A stretch of DNA of 64,000 nucleotides from Bugula neritina (taxonomy: Eukaryota; Animalia; Bryozoa), in assembly GCA_964035545.1 (NCBI GenBank), contig OZ037767.1:2987680-3051679 (forward strand), in the 5' to 3' direction. The stretch's first letter is position 1. Every line of letters begins with the position of its first letter. This document shows, piece after piece, positions 46,601 through 60,347 of the stretch. A program made the position numbers and the translations under genes. The notes under the pieces are model-generated. The model saw only the letters and a program-made list of their open reading frames with translations, was not told the origin of the DNA and ran no database searches.

Positions 46601-49600
46601 GTAGGAACAGAATTTTTCTAAGTAAAACTGTTTATTAGCAAGGAATTTCAGTTATTTGATACTAATAATAATAATACTGGTTTATGGTTAATAACAATGC
46701 ATTCCTGGTGGTAGAAATACTGTAGATCATATAAAATAGAGCCCATAATACTCAACATTGTTGACCATCTAAAAATGTTTGACTTGTTTTTAATATATTT
46801 TGGAATTCTGTTGTTTCAGCTAAATTACTCATAAAATAGAGAATTACAGGAGCTCTGCTACAATTTTAAGTTTTATGGCATTTAAATAAATCATTAATTC
46901 AAACGATTTTCTGTATGTTAAACTGCATTTGTAATAAAATTCTTTTCTAAATAGCTTGCTTTTCTGCATAACACACTCATTAACTTGCAGCACTCTTTTA
47001 CCACACGTTCATTTTGTAGCTTTTGTAGCGAATGACCTCATACTTTAAAGTCTTCATAAATTTAAAAGAAATAAATGAGACGATCAAGTGGTAAAATATT
47101 TACCTTATGGAGCTAATTTTATCCGCATAAAACTGCACTAGTAGAAAAAGAGTCATAACGGGTTCACCATTGCCGTCAACACCCTGCAAATATACATTCA
47201 TAAATACATTGAAGCAGTCAGAATATTATACATCATTGGTATAAATCTGGCAGTTTACAGTCACTACTGTCGGCATTCACCACATAAAACTTCAGTTATG
47301 TCGTTAAATAATGCCAATTAAGGCCACTTTTGGCCTTCGGCACTGAAACGAAAAGAAGCTTTTGGCTGAAGACTCCCATCAATGTCACAAGTTGAGGTGA
47401 TAGATTACAATGATAGTTGGTTAAAACTATATTTACTCATGATATATTTTATTACAGGAATTTCAAAAGATAAGACTTGCAGTTTATTATTAGAGTTTTG
47501 GCAAGAGTAATGTTTGACTCAAGGTAATGGAATTCAGTAGAAATGATAAAAGATAAAAGAACTGCTCACTGAACAGTTTTGCTACAAGTTCATTGCCCAA
47601 TCCCACCTGCTTGAAGGTGATATAATATTCAAATCTCTTGAATAAACAACATCACAATAACCAACTATCTCATTAGCATTGTATTCAAATAAGATTAATC
47701 ATTCTAAAAATACCAATCACTTAGCAGTTATCTACTACTGAGTTTTATTTTAGTGTTTAGTCACTTTACCTGATTCAGGCTTTTCCAGCTCTTAGGTGAA
47801 AACTTGGTTATTTTACATTCCAGGTCAAGAAACTCTGTCCAATTGTTCTCTACAATAAACGCTTGGAATGAATCACATATATAAGACTATTTGCCTATAC
47901 TGAATTGAGTATTGATCTACAGGTCTTTGATTTCGTGACTTTGGCTTGATGCCCACTTTTGGCTTCCACATTCGGTTGCTTAAAAGATATTTTAAATTTC
48001 TGCTATAATTCTACGAAATACTCAGTATAACATATATAAAATACTCTATGCAATATAACATATTATATGACATACTCAATATAATATATGATATATAAAA
48101 TACTCAATATAATATTATAATGTATAGGTAAAAAAATTCTTTTCAAAAAACTTATACGATAATTAAAGCTTTCAAAAACAAGATTTCATAAAAAAGTTTT
48201 GAAGCCTGGATAGGGAATGAAAGACTTGGTTAGACTTAGCTCAAGGGTCAGGCTTACAGTAGACTGTTGAAATAAAGCTTAAGCTAATCTCATCTTATTC
48301 ATGAGAATCAATGAATAAACTGAAGTTTTTCATGAGTGAAGAATAATGGAAATGTAAGGAGAGACTAAACAGCTGAAGCAATGCTTAGACACGAACCAAA
48401 CAGCCGTGAACATTCCAATAATTATTCAATAAGTTTGTGTTTGAAGATGAGACTAGCGCAACATACTATAAATATTACGTAGAGAAAATTTCAACATATT
48501 ATTATTATCTTTCCCTAGATTTAACTTCTAATCAGTACTTATTGCTTTTATTGCCACCTTTTCTGCGTTAAACTTGTATATCATAGTTTGAAGGGAGAAT
48601 GGACTGCTCCCTCTTGATTTTGAAAATCACAGGCTACGATTTTTAAAGCCTCCTAAGTTGAGCATAGTTCCTTTAGTGCAGTTCCTTCGAAGTGTACTCA
48701 AGGACAATTGTTAGGTATCATATTGTGAGCTACTGACAATATTTGTAGACAGTAAATACTCACCTAAACAAATGGCTAACCCAAACAGACTTGTATCCAC
48801 TATGGAAATGCTATGACAAGCTTTAATGAACACATCCTGAAGAGTAGAGTCAACCTGAAAGAGAAAGCAAGTAAAAATAAATTTAAAATGGAGTAACTTT
48901 TTGTGCTGGCAGTAAAAAGCAGTCAGATTAAAGCTTAATTTTTTTGGAGATAAAAGAAAAATAAAGTATCGGGTTCCATAGATTCTACAAAGGCAGTTTT
49001 GTTTGTTTATACTCTATCTTTTAAGAGTTCTTATATTCTAAATCAGTAATTTAATATTTTTGCAGTTACACTCAAATAAAGTTTTTAAGATAGTCTGAAA
49101 AACATTGCAGTAGGTTAACCATTCTATAGACAATCATAAAGTAGAAATATTTTATCTAGAAGAAATCTTATGACGTAAAATAATATTTGCACAACAGCAA
49201 TGAAAGTTGAAAGAAGCTTAAAATACGATAATCTATTATTAATAATAATACAAATATGTAGAAATTGATCTCCTATCAATAATATATTATCCTAGATAGA
49301 GTTAAAGTATAAAGGCATTACAAAATTGTATTGATTTAAATAAGATAAATTTTGTTGAGTAAATTTAGTTTTATAGCTGCAGTATTTTACGTTGACTACC
49401 TGCTAAATCTAAGCAACAGCTTTTAAATCGAAATTTGAAATAATGAAATATTATATTATGTTATATTACGTAGTATATTATATATTTTTATACTACTATA
49501 TTAGTTTCTGAGCATAATAAAACTATTCAACAAAAATAATTCAGCATTAGTACTGTATGCTTTTATGAGAAAAAAGCTGTCAAATTAAAAAAATACAAAG

Positions 49601-50419
49601 TTGAAACTGTTTTTAAGCAAGATAAAATCAATAAGTTAATAGTTAGAAAACAAGTCTACAGAACAAAGCTTTGTAGGCAATTTCTTTGTTCAATAATCTT
49701 TGTGATAGAGTGTAGAAACTATAGGATAAAGTACAGCAGGTGTCTCCTAGATATCTCTTGACAAGCAGAGCAGGTGTCTGAATTTTACTTTTAAACACTT
49801 TTCCTGACACTAGTAATTGTTGATGACAAGCTCATTAATAAATTACAGCTACTTAACTCAGAGTGTCATATAGGAGTGTCAACTACCCTAAATGCTTTGA
49901 TTGATCAATACAGCTATTCTGGAAATGCAACACATAAGCTTAAAGTATTAGCTATAACTTAGCTGTTTAACAAAGAAGAATTGAATTTATAGCTTGAAAT
50001 GTATCTTGTTTAAAGCAAGTACCGAAATAATTTGGTATTTTTATTTTGCTGCTTATTGGTTTGCAGCAACTTTCGTTTATGAATAGCCAAAAAGATTTAG
50101 AAAATTACTAGCAGCTTATTTGAGTTAAGTTAGGTTACACTGGCCAACTATTACAATATTACCATATATTCAATTTACTCAGCTATAAAACAAAAATCAG
50201 ACTAAAGAACATGAGTAGGTCATTTTGTATAACAAAATGCTAAGAGCAGTCAAAATGCTTGTATAAGCAGCAAGCTATGTGATGGTGTCAAACAGTTTAC
50301 GTAAAGTTAACTGGTGGTACCTGAGTTTCTATATTTGTTGATGTGCCGTCTAAAAACTTGACTTTTACTAATTTCCTGTTTGCAGATACAGATAGGTTAC
50401 TTCTGCTTCTTCTAACCAT
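40623..50419 (-). CDS. ex: Expanded / FRMD6(Willin)-like FERM-domain Hippo pathway regulator, 12 coding exons, ~783 aa
   Basis: Exons 50419-50321, 48854-48764, 47849-47770, 47183-47104, 45872-45704, 44975-44676, 44437-44366, 43577-43415, 42518-42291, 42014-41422, 41236-41042, 40904-40623 in phase. FERM motifs VKFLDG, LFGLA, EFLDLECKITKFSPKSWK, GVDGNGEP+.L.L.VQFY, YYYRQLK.N, FDPREFFPAWVI, YNMHLY, GVGPKGVEMFE. Post-FERM YRESYV and SIISDAGSSTTSGIVSDR blocks, PPPSY, and LPMISALFNDKNLL resemble Expanded as I recall it. Confidence 0.85.
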
Positions 50420-50672
50420 TTCTGTAATTGCTTAAACTTTGTTCACTGGCTCTTCCAACATTAGCTCTTCCTAAAATCTGTTTCACTTATACCTTTGACT
50501 GGGTAGAAAAGGCGATTTCTCTAGCTCTTGTCTTATAATAATGTAATCCGAAGAGCTGGTCTTGTTCGAGTGAAACGCCACTTCTACCTTCTACAAGTGT
50601 CTGAAATACAAGTGATGAAAAGCTATCAGACTATCGACTTTGATTTGCCACGAACCGACCAACCAAACCACA

Positions 50673-51429
50673 GGAATGTCACGCTTGGTATCACAAAACG
50701 ATTATGTTTCAGTAAAACTACTCCATTAACATTCCGATGTTTTGCGACTAAAGAAACTATTTTACAAGTGGCAATAATTTAAATGTCAGTGGTAGGCTTA
50801 ATAATAATTACTGAATTAAATTATTAGTGATTTCCTAACTTTACCTAATTAAGAGATAATGATACATAGTTCAGCTTACCTATAAACTTTATACTAGTCA
50901 ACATGAAAACTGTTTACATCACAATTTTATTTACAATGTAATACCTCAAACTTTCGTCAGCTATTAAGAATGTTTTTATACTTGTTAGTCTCAAAATAAA
51001 GTGAATACGTAAACAAAAATATTTTTATACTAAGGAATGAATTTAGCAAGGTATGATTGAGGCAAGTGCTAGCAAGAGAGTGTGATCAGGTGCTTTCTAT
51101 TTAACTGGCAGTATATGATTATCTCAACACATCAATATTGTATAGCATTCCTCAAGTTCACCCAGTGAGTTAAATCTACACTCTATTGAATACAATCTGC
51201 CACAGGCTGAATGCATTGATCCACTTTTGCTCTCCATTGTTTCTATTCATATAAATAAATTTCTACATATTTCTAAGTGCTTAATATTTGGTGATAATAA
51301 ATTCTTCCCTATTCAATGTGAATCATGAGAATTGGTTGAATTTAAAAGTTGTGGCAAGTGTCTTTTTGGTGCAACTAAAGTTTAACATCTTCAGCTATAG
51401 TACAGGTGGCTAGAAATTCTCTGCATTCC
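50673..51429. promoter_or_regulatory. Cluster of five TEAD/Scalloped (MCAT, CATTCC/GGAATG) motifs upstream of the first coding exon of expanded
   Basis: Motifs at 50673, 50730, 51034, 51146 and 51424. Confidence 0.5.
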
Positions 51430-52746
51430 ATTACCCTAATTTAAATTCTTGTATAATAGGCCCACTATCTTCCTTTTAGAAATAAATGTGTTATTATATG
51501 ATCATCACTGGTAGTCAGGTGCAGATAATTACAATATGCAAATGCAACAAGTTCTATCCTTTACTGGAGTCGAATTAAACAGTATAAAATGCTAACATTA
51601 GGTATAATTTGTAGGAAACTATTTTGCTGTTTCTCTTGCCCAACCGTCATATTAAACTAATATTTATTAGGCAGCTATAAACTGCTCAAAGTGTGTATAA
51701 AGCACAACTGTAGGCCTGCTAAATGACATGTGTAATGTGGAATAATATTTTTCATTAGTTTTTCTGTTTGCATATTATGTTAAGTTGTAAATATGCAGAA
51801 AGTTGACACAGAAACTCAACTTTTGGTAAAGAAGGACATGCTACCTGTAGGTAAAAAAGAGCATGCTAATTGTAAACATGCAGGTAAAAAAGAGTTAGTA
51901 TGCTACTTGTAGATGTGCAGGTAAAAGATAGTACACCTATTCATGTTCAACTGTAAACTTATTTTCATATACTAAAATGGTTATAATTCAAAACCAAAAT
52001 CTAAACTCTCAATATTATTTCTAAATCTCTAAATATGGTTGCAGGTTATAAAAGCGTCTGTCTTGTAGTTGCATTTCTCATCAGCCTTGAAATCTTTTTG
52101 TTTTCTTATAGAAGTGGCCAAACTGCACTGAGGTAAACATACTTTCGCTGAACAAAGCTAAAAGGCATACTTTTGCTCATATTTGTTTGACCTGTAATTT
52201 TTTAAAACTAAGAGTTATTCGGAAAGATCATTTTTATCTTTTAAAATTAATTTAAAAGCTGCAGCACACTATTAGGCAAAGGGATGCAGAGTTTCGTGCT
52301 TTACCAAAGTTGACTATTTCTGTCTTTGAGTTTGCAACAATGCTATTTAATTTCACAAGCTGAAAACTTCTTTATACTGTAACTTTCCTCTGCCCCTAAC
52401 ACAACAGGAGTTTAGTAATAAACTAGCTCTCTTGTATAAAGAAGTAGAAAGTTAGAATCTGTGTGTTGACTTGTGCATAAGTTCAATTATTAAAATAAAA
52501 TTAATTGTTTCTATTCTGAGATGAGATTTTATGAATTGAAGTGGAAGTTCACTTTAAACAACCCTTTGTTGTGTTTTCAACAAAATATTTTTCCAATGAG
52601 CTGTTCAAACCACTGGAGACTGAAAAGTTTCTTCCGTTACTAATATATTCCAAAGCAAAATGACACATGTCACTATTTATTATGCTAATGCTTCTTTTAA
52701 ATCTTCAAATGTCCATGCATTACAACAGTTTGGCACTTTGGATGGA

Positions 52747-52779
52747 GTTGCCGTGGCGATAGGCTGTTACTATGGTGAC
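52747..52779. promoter_or_regulatory. Tandem RFX X-box-like motifs
   Basis: GTTGCCGTGGCGAT (52747-52760) and GTTACTATGGTGAC (52766-52779), both resembling the consensus GTTRCCATGGYAAC. Confidence 0.4.
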
Positions 52780-53109
52780 AGGCCTAAACAAGTGTCTGGA
52801 AACAAACCAGTCATTAACAATAAAATATTTATACTTCATTCACAAATTTTATTCATAAATTGCCTACAAGTATTCAACTTGACTGTCAAAGTTATTTCAT
52901 TTAAATATGTTAACGTAACTATTGCTCATATTTGATATTATTATGTTTATTCACAACATGTTTAAATTTGAATTCTTTGCCAATTTTCAAATTTTACAGA
53001 GTTTCAAACATGATTTGAATTAAACCAAACTATTTCGGCCGTATTGGAGAAAATCTTTGCACACACAATCTATATACATTGGTCTGAAATTGTGTTTTGA
53101 AAATAATTT

Positions 53110-53181
53110 TTCCCCCACTGGGAATCGAACCCAAGACCTCCAGCTTGCAAGCAAGTGTGCTAACCATTGCACCACGGGGAC
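53110..53181 (-). pseudogene. tRNA-Ala(TGC)-like pseudogene or tRNA-derived SINE head
   Basis: GTCCCCG-TG-GTGCAATGGTTAGCAC-A-CTTGC-TTGCAA-GCTGG-AGGTC-TTGGGTTCGATTCCCAG-TGGGGGA. A/B boxes and D/T arms are good, but the anticodon loop is 6 nt and the anticodon and acceptor stems contain mismatches. Confidence 0.6.
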
Positions 53182-55384
53182 CATCACTACATGTTTAAAG
53201 TATTTACTAAAATTGTATGTGCATGTAGCTAGAAAGGTGATACATAGATAACTAATTGATTTTTTACAGGAAAAAACAAGAATTATAGATTGCTTGTCAG
53301 TTTTTGTAGTAACTGGAGTTACTGCCTCATTCTCTCCTCTAGCTATATTTTCACAGTATAATTTGTAGTATAGCATTATATACACAATAAAATGTATAAT
53401 ATAATAACAATTATAATATAATAGTTAATAAACAAATTACAGATTTTATAAATGCTGTTTATGCATTGTACTCAGCTACTAATAATTGTATAAACACAAA
53501 ATGGTAAACTCCAGTCTGTAAATTAAACAAAAGTCATGCAGGCACAGCAAATATTTGATTATTTCATATGAAGCCTTTATATTTATTTACAACGAATAGC
53601 TTGTATTTGCAAAGGGAATTTTTGAGGTCAGAATTACAACACTAATTTTGGTACAAGAATTAAATGTTGCATTCTTTTGCTTATTGAGCATTTGTTACAC
53701 TGCAAATTTTATCATAGATGTATCACGTCACATACTGATATATTAAATATTGAATGCCACGATTTTAATAGGTACATGTAAAAAATAAGGTAGAGAAATT
53801 GTCAAGTGAAAAATTTAATCACTCAAATACGGTAACTAATAACTCAGAAAAATAGCTTTTTATTAGAATTATGCCTAAAATGGTGTAAAGTTATCAAAAA
53901 GACAAAGCTGTTTTTATAAGATATGCTGATAACGAACATTTTTTAAAATATATAACTGATGATGACATTTCCAGAACTTTAGTAAAAGCCATAAAGCAAT
54001 TTATCTATTGACTAAATTTACTGTGCTAGTTACCAAAGAGTAAAATGTAGAAAGGTCTAGCATTTATGAAATCTAGTACCATGGAACCAAATGCTTCCAC
54101 ACTTACTGAGTTACCACAGTCATCAGACTGCTCTAATCTTTTTATTAATTCAAAAAACCTCAAACAATTAAAAAAGGCAAATTAATCTTTTAAAATTTGT
54201 AATACCAAACTGTTGGAAACCAAGATTATTGAATAGAAATTTCCTAAACTTACTTTTGAAACTGAAATTGGAACCAACTATAAGAGCAAAAAGCAGCTTT
54301 GAAAACACAATATTTCCTCAGACTGCAAAGAATATTATTAGGATATGCTTAATTAGTAAAGAGCATTTGTTCAATGCAACACAAAAAAGTTGAAATAAGT
54401 CAAATTTACATAAAACTACAAAAAATTTCTTCAAAGCTTGTAACTTTTACCCATGCAGTAACTATTGAGAATAAATTCTTACAGTTTAAGTTTGGGGTAA
54501 TATTCTTCCCTCAGTCTACCAACTAGCTAAGTTGACGTTGAGTTTGGAGTTGGCAAGTACTGCATACGTTTCTTGCAATCAAGTACAGTGACACTTGGAC
54601 TATCTAACACTACACTGTGTAATAGTATATTAATAGCTCAGATATGCGCACTGTATGTCAAGTTATAATATCTGCCTAATCTAGCGTTAAAGTAGTGAAA
54701 TATGCCAACAATGTGTAGATAATATTAAGTCAACAGCAATACAATCGGCACATGAATATGTCATTGAGCTACACAAAGGAGTTGAATGCACAGCAGTGCT
54801 AAGTCTTTCCAATGTTTTTATAGCCTGTTTGTTTAGCAATTTTATATACAATAAATAATCTTCAATCACTCAGTAGTCATTAACAGCATGGAACAGAGTC
54901 TAACATTCAAAGTTACTCAATTTATTTTGCAAAAGTCATCTTTGAATTGATTGCTTATTTTAACAACATTGATCCAGTAATTATTAAATCCTGCTTTATA
55001 CAGTTGTTGACAAGATTGGCATATTTTCTGCAATATCAACATCAACATCTAAAGCTTTAGTTTGAGTAGTGTCAGAAGATATGAACACGATACGCTCTAT
55101 TTGTGTGCTATACGCTACATGAGTAAGGTCTATTGTTAACATCGGATGTGGGGCTGTGACACTGCAAGTCCTACAATCATTATAAAGATCTGTTTACAAA
55201 TACCAACGTATACAAAAGTTCACGAAAAATAATAATTATATCAAGCTACTCGATTTAAACAATGAATTGTGCTGAGACATAATGAAAGACATTTAATGTT
55301 TGACATCAACACTAACAGCAAAGGAACTGCTGTCTTTCTGGCAGCTAATCTACCGGTCTGAGAAAATGTCATTGTGTAGCAACA

Positions 55385-55604
55385 GATTTTAGGTAAGAAT
55401 GGCACACTTATGCTAAATTTGTCCAAACTCAAACCTCCGCCCCCAAACGCAAACTCCCCACTCTAAACCCAAATTTCTTACCCCAACCCCAAACCCCAAT
55501 ATTGAAAATGTGGCATTTTTATTTAGTTTCCCATTTGCCATTATTGCCTGTGCCATATTTTTACCTGTGCCACATTTTTACCTGTGCAATTTTTACTGGA
55601 CACC
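55385..55604. mobile_element. MITE-like element copy 1 (retains the tgtgccatttttacc repeated end)
   Basis: Shares the core aaatttg.ccaaac.c.aaacc..ccccc..ttgaaaatgtg with 57630-57805; ends in 15-bp subrepeats ...tgtgccatatttttacc...ggacacc. Confidence 0.55.
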
Positions 55605-55639
55605 CTAATAACTATTATACTGTGATATACTACAGTATT

Positions 55640-56370
55640 TTATTATACTGCTATATACTTAGTGTGTTATTATGCTGCTGTATACTATAGGATGCTATTA
55701 TACTGCTATATACTTAGTATGTTATTATGCTGCTGTATACTATAGGATGCTATTATACTGCTATATACTTAGTATGTTATTATGCTGCTGTATACTATAG
55801 GATGCTATTATACTGCTATATTCTTAGTATGCTATTATGCTGCTGTATACTATAGGATGCTATTATACTGCTATATACTTAGTATGTTATTATGCTGCAG
55901 TATACTATAGGATGCTATTATACTGCTATATTCTTAGTATGCTATTATGCTGCTGTATACTATAGGATGCTATTATACTGCTATATACTTAGTATGTTAT
56001 TATGCTGCTGTATACTATAGGATGCTATTATACTGCTATATACTCAGTATGCTATTATGCTGCTGTATACTATAGGATGCTATTATACTGCTATATACTT
56101 AGTATGTTATTATGCTGCTGTATACTATAGGATGCTATTATACTGCTATATTCTTAGTATGCTATTATGCTGCTGTATACTATAGGATGCTATTATACTG
56201 CTATATACTTAGTATGTTATTATGCTGCTGTATACTATAGGATGCTATTATACTGCTATATACTTAGTGTGTTATTATGCTGCTGTATACTATAGGATGC
56301 TATTATACTGCTATATTCTTAGTATGTTATTATGCTGCTGTATACTATAGGATGCTATTATACTGCTATA
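55640..56370. repeat. 55-bp minisatellite (~13 copies), built from 27+28-bp subunits
   Basis: Unit tattatactgctatatacttagtatgt + tattatgctgctgtatactataggatgc; period 55 (55681, 55736, ...). Confidence 0.95.
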
Positions 56371-57629
56371 AAACACATTATTATATTGCTATACCGTTAA
56401 GGTGTGGTACACCTGTGACTTGTGAGCCATTACCCACTACCCATTCATGTTGAACATTGACACCGGTGCTTCAAAATCTACTTGGAATTTTGTCACGATT
56501 AGCGTATAAAACTCTTTGAATGATCAATTCCTACTTCAACAGGTAATGCTTTGTTGATGAATAATTGAGATAAGTATTAGACCTTGAACTGCATGTATCT
56601 ATTTTAGACTAGTTTCACACTACTATGATTAGATAGTGCCGATCAAACTCAGACTATAAAACTATGTATATTCAGAAAAAAAGCTATAGTTGCTAATAGC
56701 TACTACAATAAAATCTCCCTTTATGCAAAAGTTTCCATTCAAGCCCTAAGTCTTAAATTTGTAGCACCAATTCATTTATAGCTAGAAGCCAGTTTTCACC
56801 AGGATTCTCTGGGACTGTCATAATTAAATAACGACGTTTACGAGGAGTTATTACTCCTTTTGAGTATTATTCTGAAATCGCCTGATCAAGTTATCACAAT
56901 ACAAAAGTTTTTACGAGTGGCTTTTACAATGCATATGCAACCCAGAGAAATTTCAACTTGGTCAAATTGAATTTCTGACTGAAAATTGTAAAGGTATAAA
57001 CGCAACTTCAGTCTAAATCGTAGGGAACACAAGTAATGACTTTGACTATTGGGTTCATAATTAAGGTTATTACCACTAAATTATGCTAAAACAATATACA
57101 ATATATAAAGTTATTAGAAATATTATCACCTATAATCTCTATACAGCACTTATCAACATATTATGGTTTTCCCAAGGATTATATTACATAATACTTGACA
57201 AGGAGAGGCTTTGCATACATATACTATTATTTTATATACATGCATGTCATTGTTTCTCAACAACATCTCCAAATTAAATCCCTTAAGAGACTGTAATACT
57301 AACAGATCTATTTTGAGGCTCATGAATAGTAAGTAAAATCTAGTAACACACTATTCGGCTTCACCACAACATTCTAGCTTAAGTCATAATAACAGGATAT
57401 ATGTGGAACAAGCCACCACCACAACAATATTATTAAAATTATTCTAGTTACATCTTACTCTACTATTTCCCCAGTGTTGAGAAATTCTTATACGTGGGAA
57501 ATATGGAAATGTTTCAGGTCTACAAATAGCCTAGCATTAGTGGCAGTCAATAAAAACAGAGCTGTTACTACTATGTTTACACTCAGTAACACACTTTACA
57601 GCTGAATTATCTGATTTTAGATAAAAATG

Positions 57630-57805
57630 ACACTGGTAAAGATGGCACAGGTAACAATGGCACAGGTAATAATAGTACAAATAGAAAATTAAGTAAAAAT
57701 TGCACACCGATGTTAAATTTGCCCAAACCCTCAAACCCCTCCCCCCCAAAAAAAAATTGAAAATGTGCCATGTTTACCTGCTTTTCCATTTGTGCAAGAA
57801 TGTGG
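57630..57805. mobile_element. MITE-like element copy 2 (retains the ggtaa..atggcaca repeated end)
   Basis: ggtaaagatggcacaggtaacaatggcacaggtaa subrepeats are approximately the reverse complement of copy 1's end; the core is shared. Confidence 0.55.
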
Positions 57806-60347
57806 GACAAAAATGGATAATTTTGAAATGTTATGGACTGTTTAAAATACATTTCATGCTTTTAACTAGCAATAGTTGAAAAGCTGTTTAGACTTATGGA
57901 AAGTTTCAGATAGATGGTTTCAGTGAATTTTGTATTGCAAAGAACTGGTACAGCCAGATAAAAAATCTTGACCACTGTCTAATTTTATTACTAGAATTGC
58001 TACTTAAATTTTAGGCAGATAAAGGTAAGAGTGCAAACAACGGTGACCCTTGAACTCTCTCAATATATGGCAGATTAGCTCATAATTATATCTTTATTTT
58101 TTGCTCCTTCCCAGTAACTTTTAATACAGTAATAATTTAATAAGATAATATAGATGGCATTTAGCAAGAATTAAATTACTGAAAATAGAAAGACTCGAAA
58201 AATCTACACACTTCTTCACTATGTTGGTTGTGGCATTGTTTGTATATAAACACCCCTTGGCTAGCTGTAGCCACTACAATTCTAACAAATATAATTATTA
58301 GATTTGAGTTGGAAAAATACTACTAAATAAAGCAATAAAGCTTATAGTAAATTTTATAGTAATAATTCTTTTAATTACAAAAAAATACAAATTATTCTCC
58401 TAATAACTTAATAAGATGGAGTTTATCCACCTGGTAGAAAATTAATCCATCAAGAATTTTAGTAGAAATGGTAATTAACCACAATAACAAGTAATATAAA
58501 TTTAGCATACTATAGCTTGGGTAAAGTAAAGGGGTGGTGGAGGTACATTTCGATATAGTGTTTAGAAACTAAGCTAACGTATGGCTACACCTGCAGATGA
58601 TTTCATAAAATAATGGAACTTTTTAAGGATATCTGTTGAGTAACATACGAACTACCAGGCATGCAGCTCTGGAAGCTTATTATTCATCAAAAACGTCTTC
58701 AATTTAGTCATTAGTCATTCAGCTATTACTTCATCCTAAACTTGTACTTGTACTAAATATTTCAAGTTTCTAGACAATTACAATTTAAATTTCCAGGCTA
58801 CAGGGTAGAGAGCTTAACCTCCCGAAAGGTAATAATTTTTAGTAAACAACTTCCATGGCTAAGCCTGTAGCCAAATCACTCCAATGCAGTAAGATCAAAG
58901 GACTTCTATATCTACATAACGTCACGTGTATATACGCTGTCGCTGACATGTATACATAACTGGCATTACCCCTCGACAGCGTAGGTGCCGTGCTTGCTGG
59001 CAACCATTCATCAACACAAAGCTGGCCGGCCGTGAGACTATATAAACGCATACTTGCTACACTACATTACGTAAATATAATATTGCTGCTAGTCAAAGGC
59101 CTGAGCAATAATAAAAACAAATATTTTATTTATTGTTATGTCTCACAACTTATTTAGTTATCAAATGTGAGTCTTTGAATAGACTTGCGTAGCTATTAAA
59201 GAAAGCATAGTGCTTGCGTATGAGGCATTGCTTTTATCTTAAATTGTTAGAACTCTGCAAGGAGACATTCCTTAACTGGCTTATATTGTGCTAATTATAG
59301 TAGAGTGAAATAGCAAAATATCACGTAGCATAATTATATACCAGTAAATTGCAACTATTTGCTAATTGTTAATCAAATATTTTATATTTGCTTATAATAA
59401 TTATATTACATTAGTATCGCTTTGCATTAAATAACATTGCTTTTTAAAATAAGTTATTTCAACATTAGCGTGTATTTATTGTAAAGATGAAAATTTTAAG
59501 AAAGACATAAAAAAGTAGTCTCTATAAAAACTATAAAAGAAAACACACAATTGAGCAGGATTGGCAGGTGTTGAAAAATATTAGTATATAATATGATACG
59601 TTAAATCTTTTATATAGAAAGATTCAAGAAGTACATAAAACTTTGCAGCACTAAATAACAATGGAAGCCACACGACTAGACTATAGTATTGAGAGGGACA
59701 TATGCACTCATTGAGGCAATATTGTATCTCCTGAGATGTAACTCAAAGGCTCTGGTATTATCTGGCCAATAGACAATTCCATCGCCAGTCTTAATCTTAT
59801 TTTTATCTCACTGTACTCAGTTAATATGAAACAGCAGATTATATCTAATAAAATTATTACCTTGGTGGACACATTCATTTTAATAATTACTAATTGCTAT
59901 TATTTTATGCTTTTAGTAATTTGTGGTAGTCTCCATTACCGCTAATGTTGGGGTCAATAGCTGGTCAGGATGAAAACATTCTTATAATAAGCCTACAAGC
60001 TGAGGAATTGTCTCCACATACACTGAAAGATCCTACCTAGTTAATGGGATGTAGTAGGCTATTGAGCATTGCCCATGATACAAACAGGAAGGGCTAATGA
60101 GCATGCCCATGATGCAAACAGGGAGTGCTGCTATAAACTAAAACCAAACAAGTTCTATCCAATGAGACTGGTTAATAAAACGCTGACAACCTCTTCATCT
60201 ATAAAAACTTTTTCGTGCCAGCCCTGTAGGAGCAGTTTTAAAATATATGTGTCAGCATTTGATTGGTAGATGTCTCTCTATGACCTTATTTGATTGGAAG
60301 ATCTTAAAATATTGTCTAAACTATAAGTGAATGTTATAGAAAGAATA

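Noticed and set aside
53020-53385. 121-aa ORF and a functional tRNA call
   Set aside because: The ORF merely reads through the tRNA-like relic, and the cloverleaf is defective, so it is listed as a pseudogene/SINE head.
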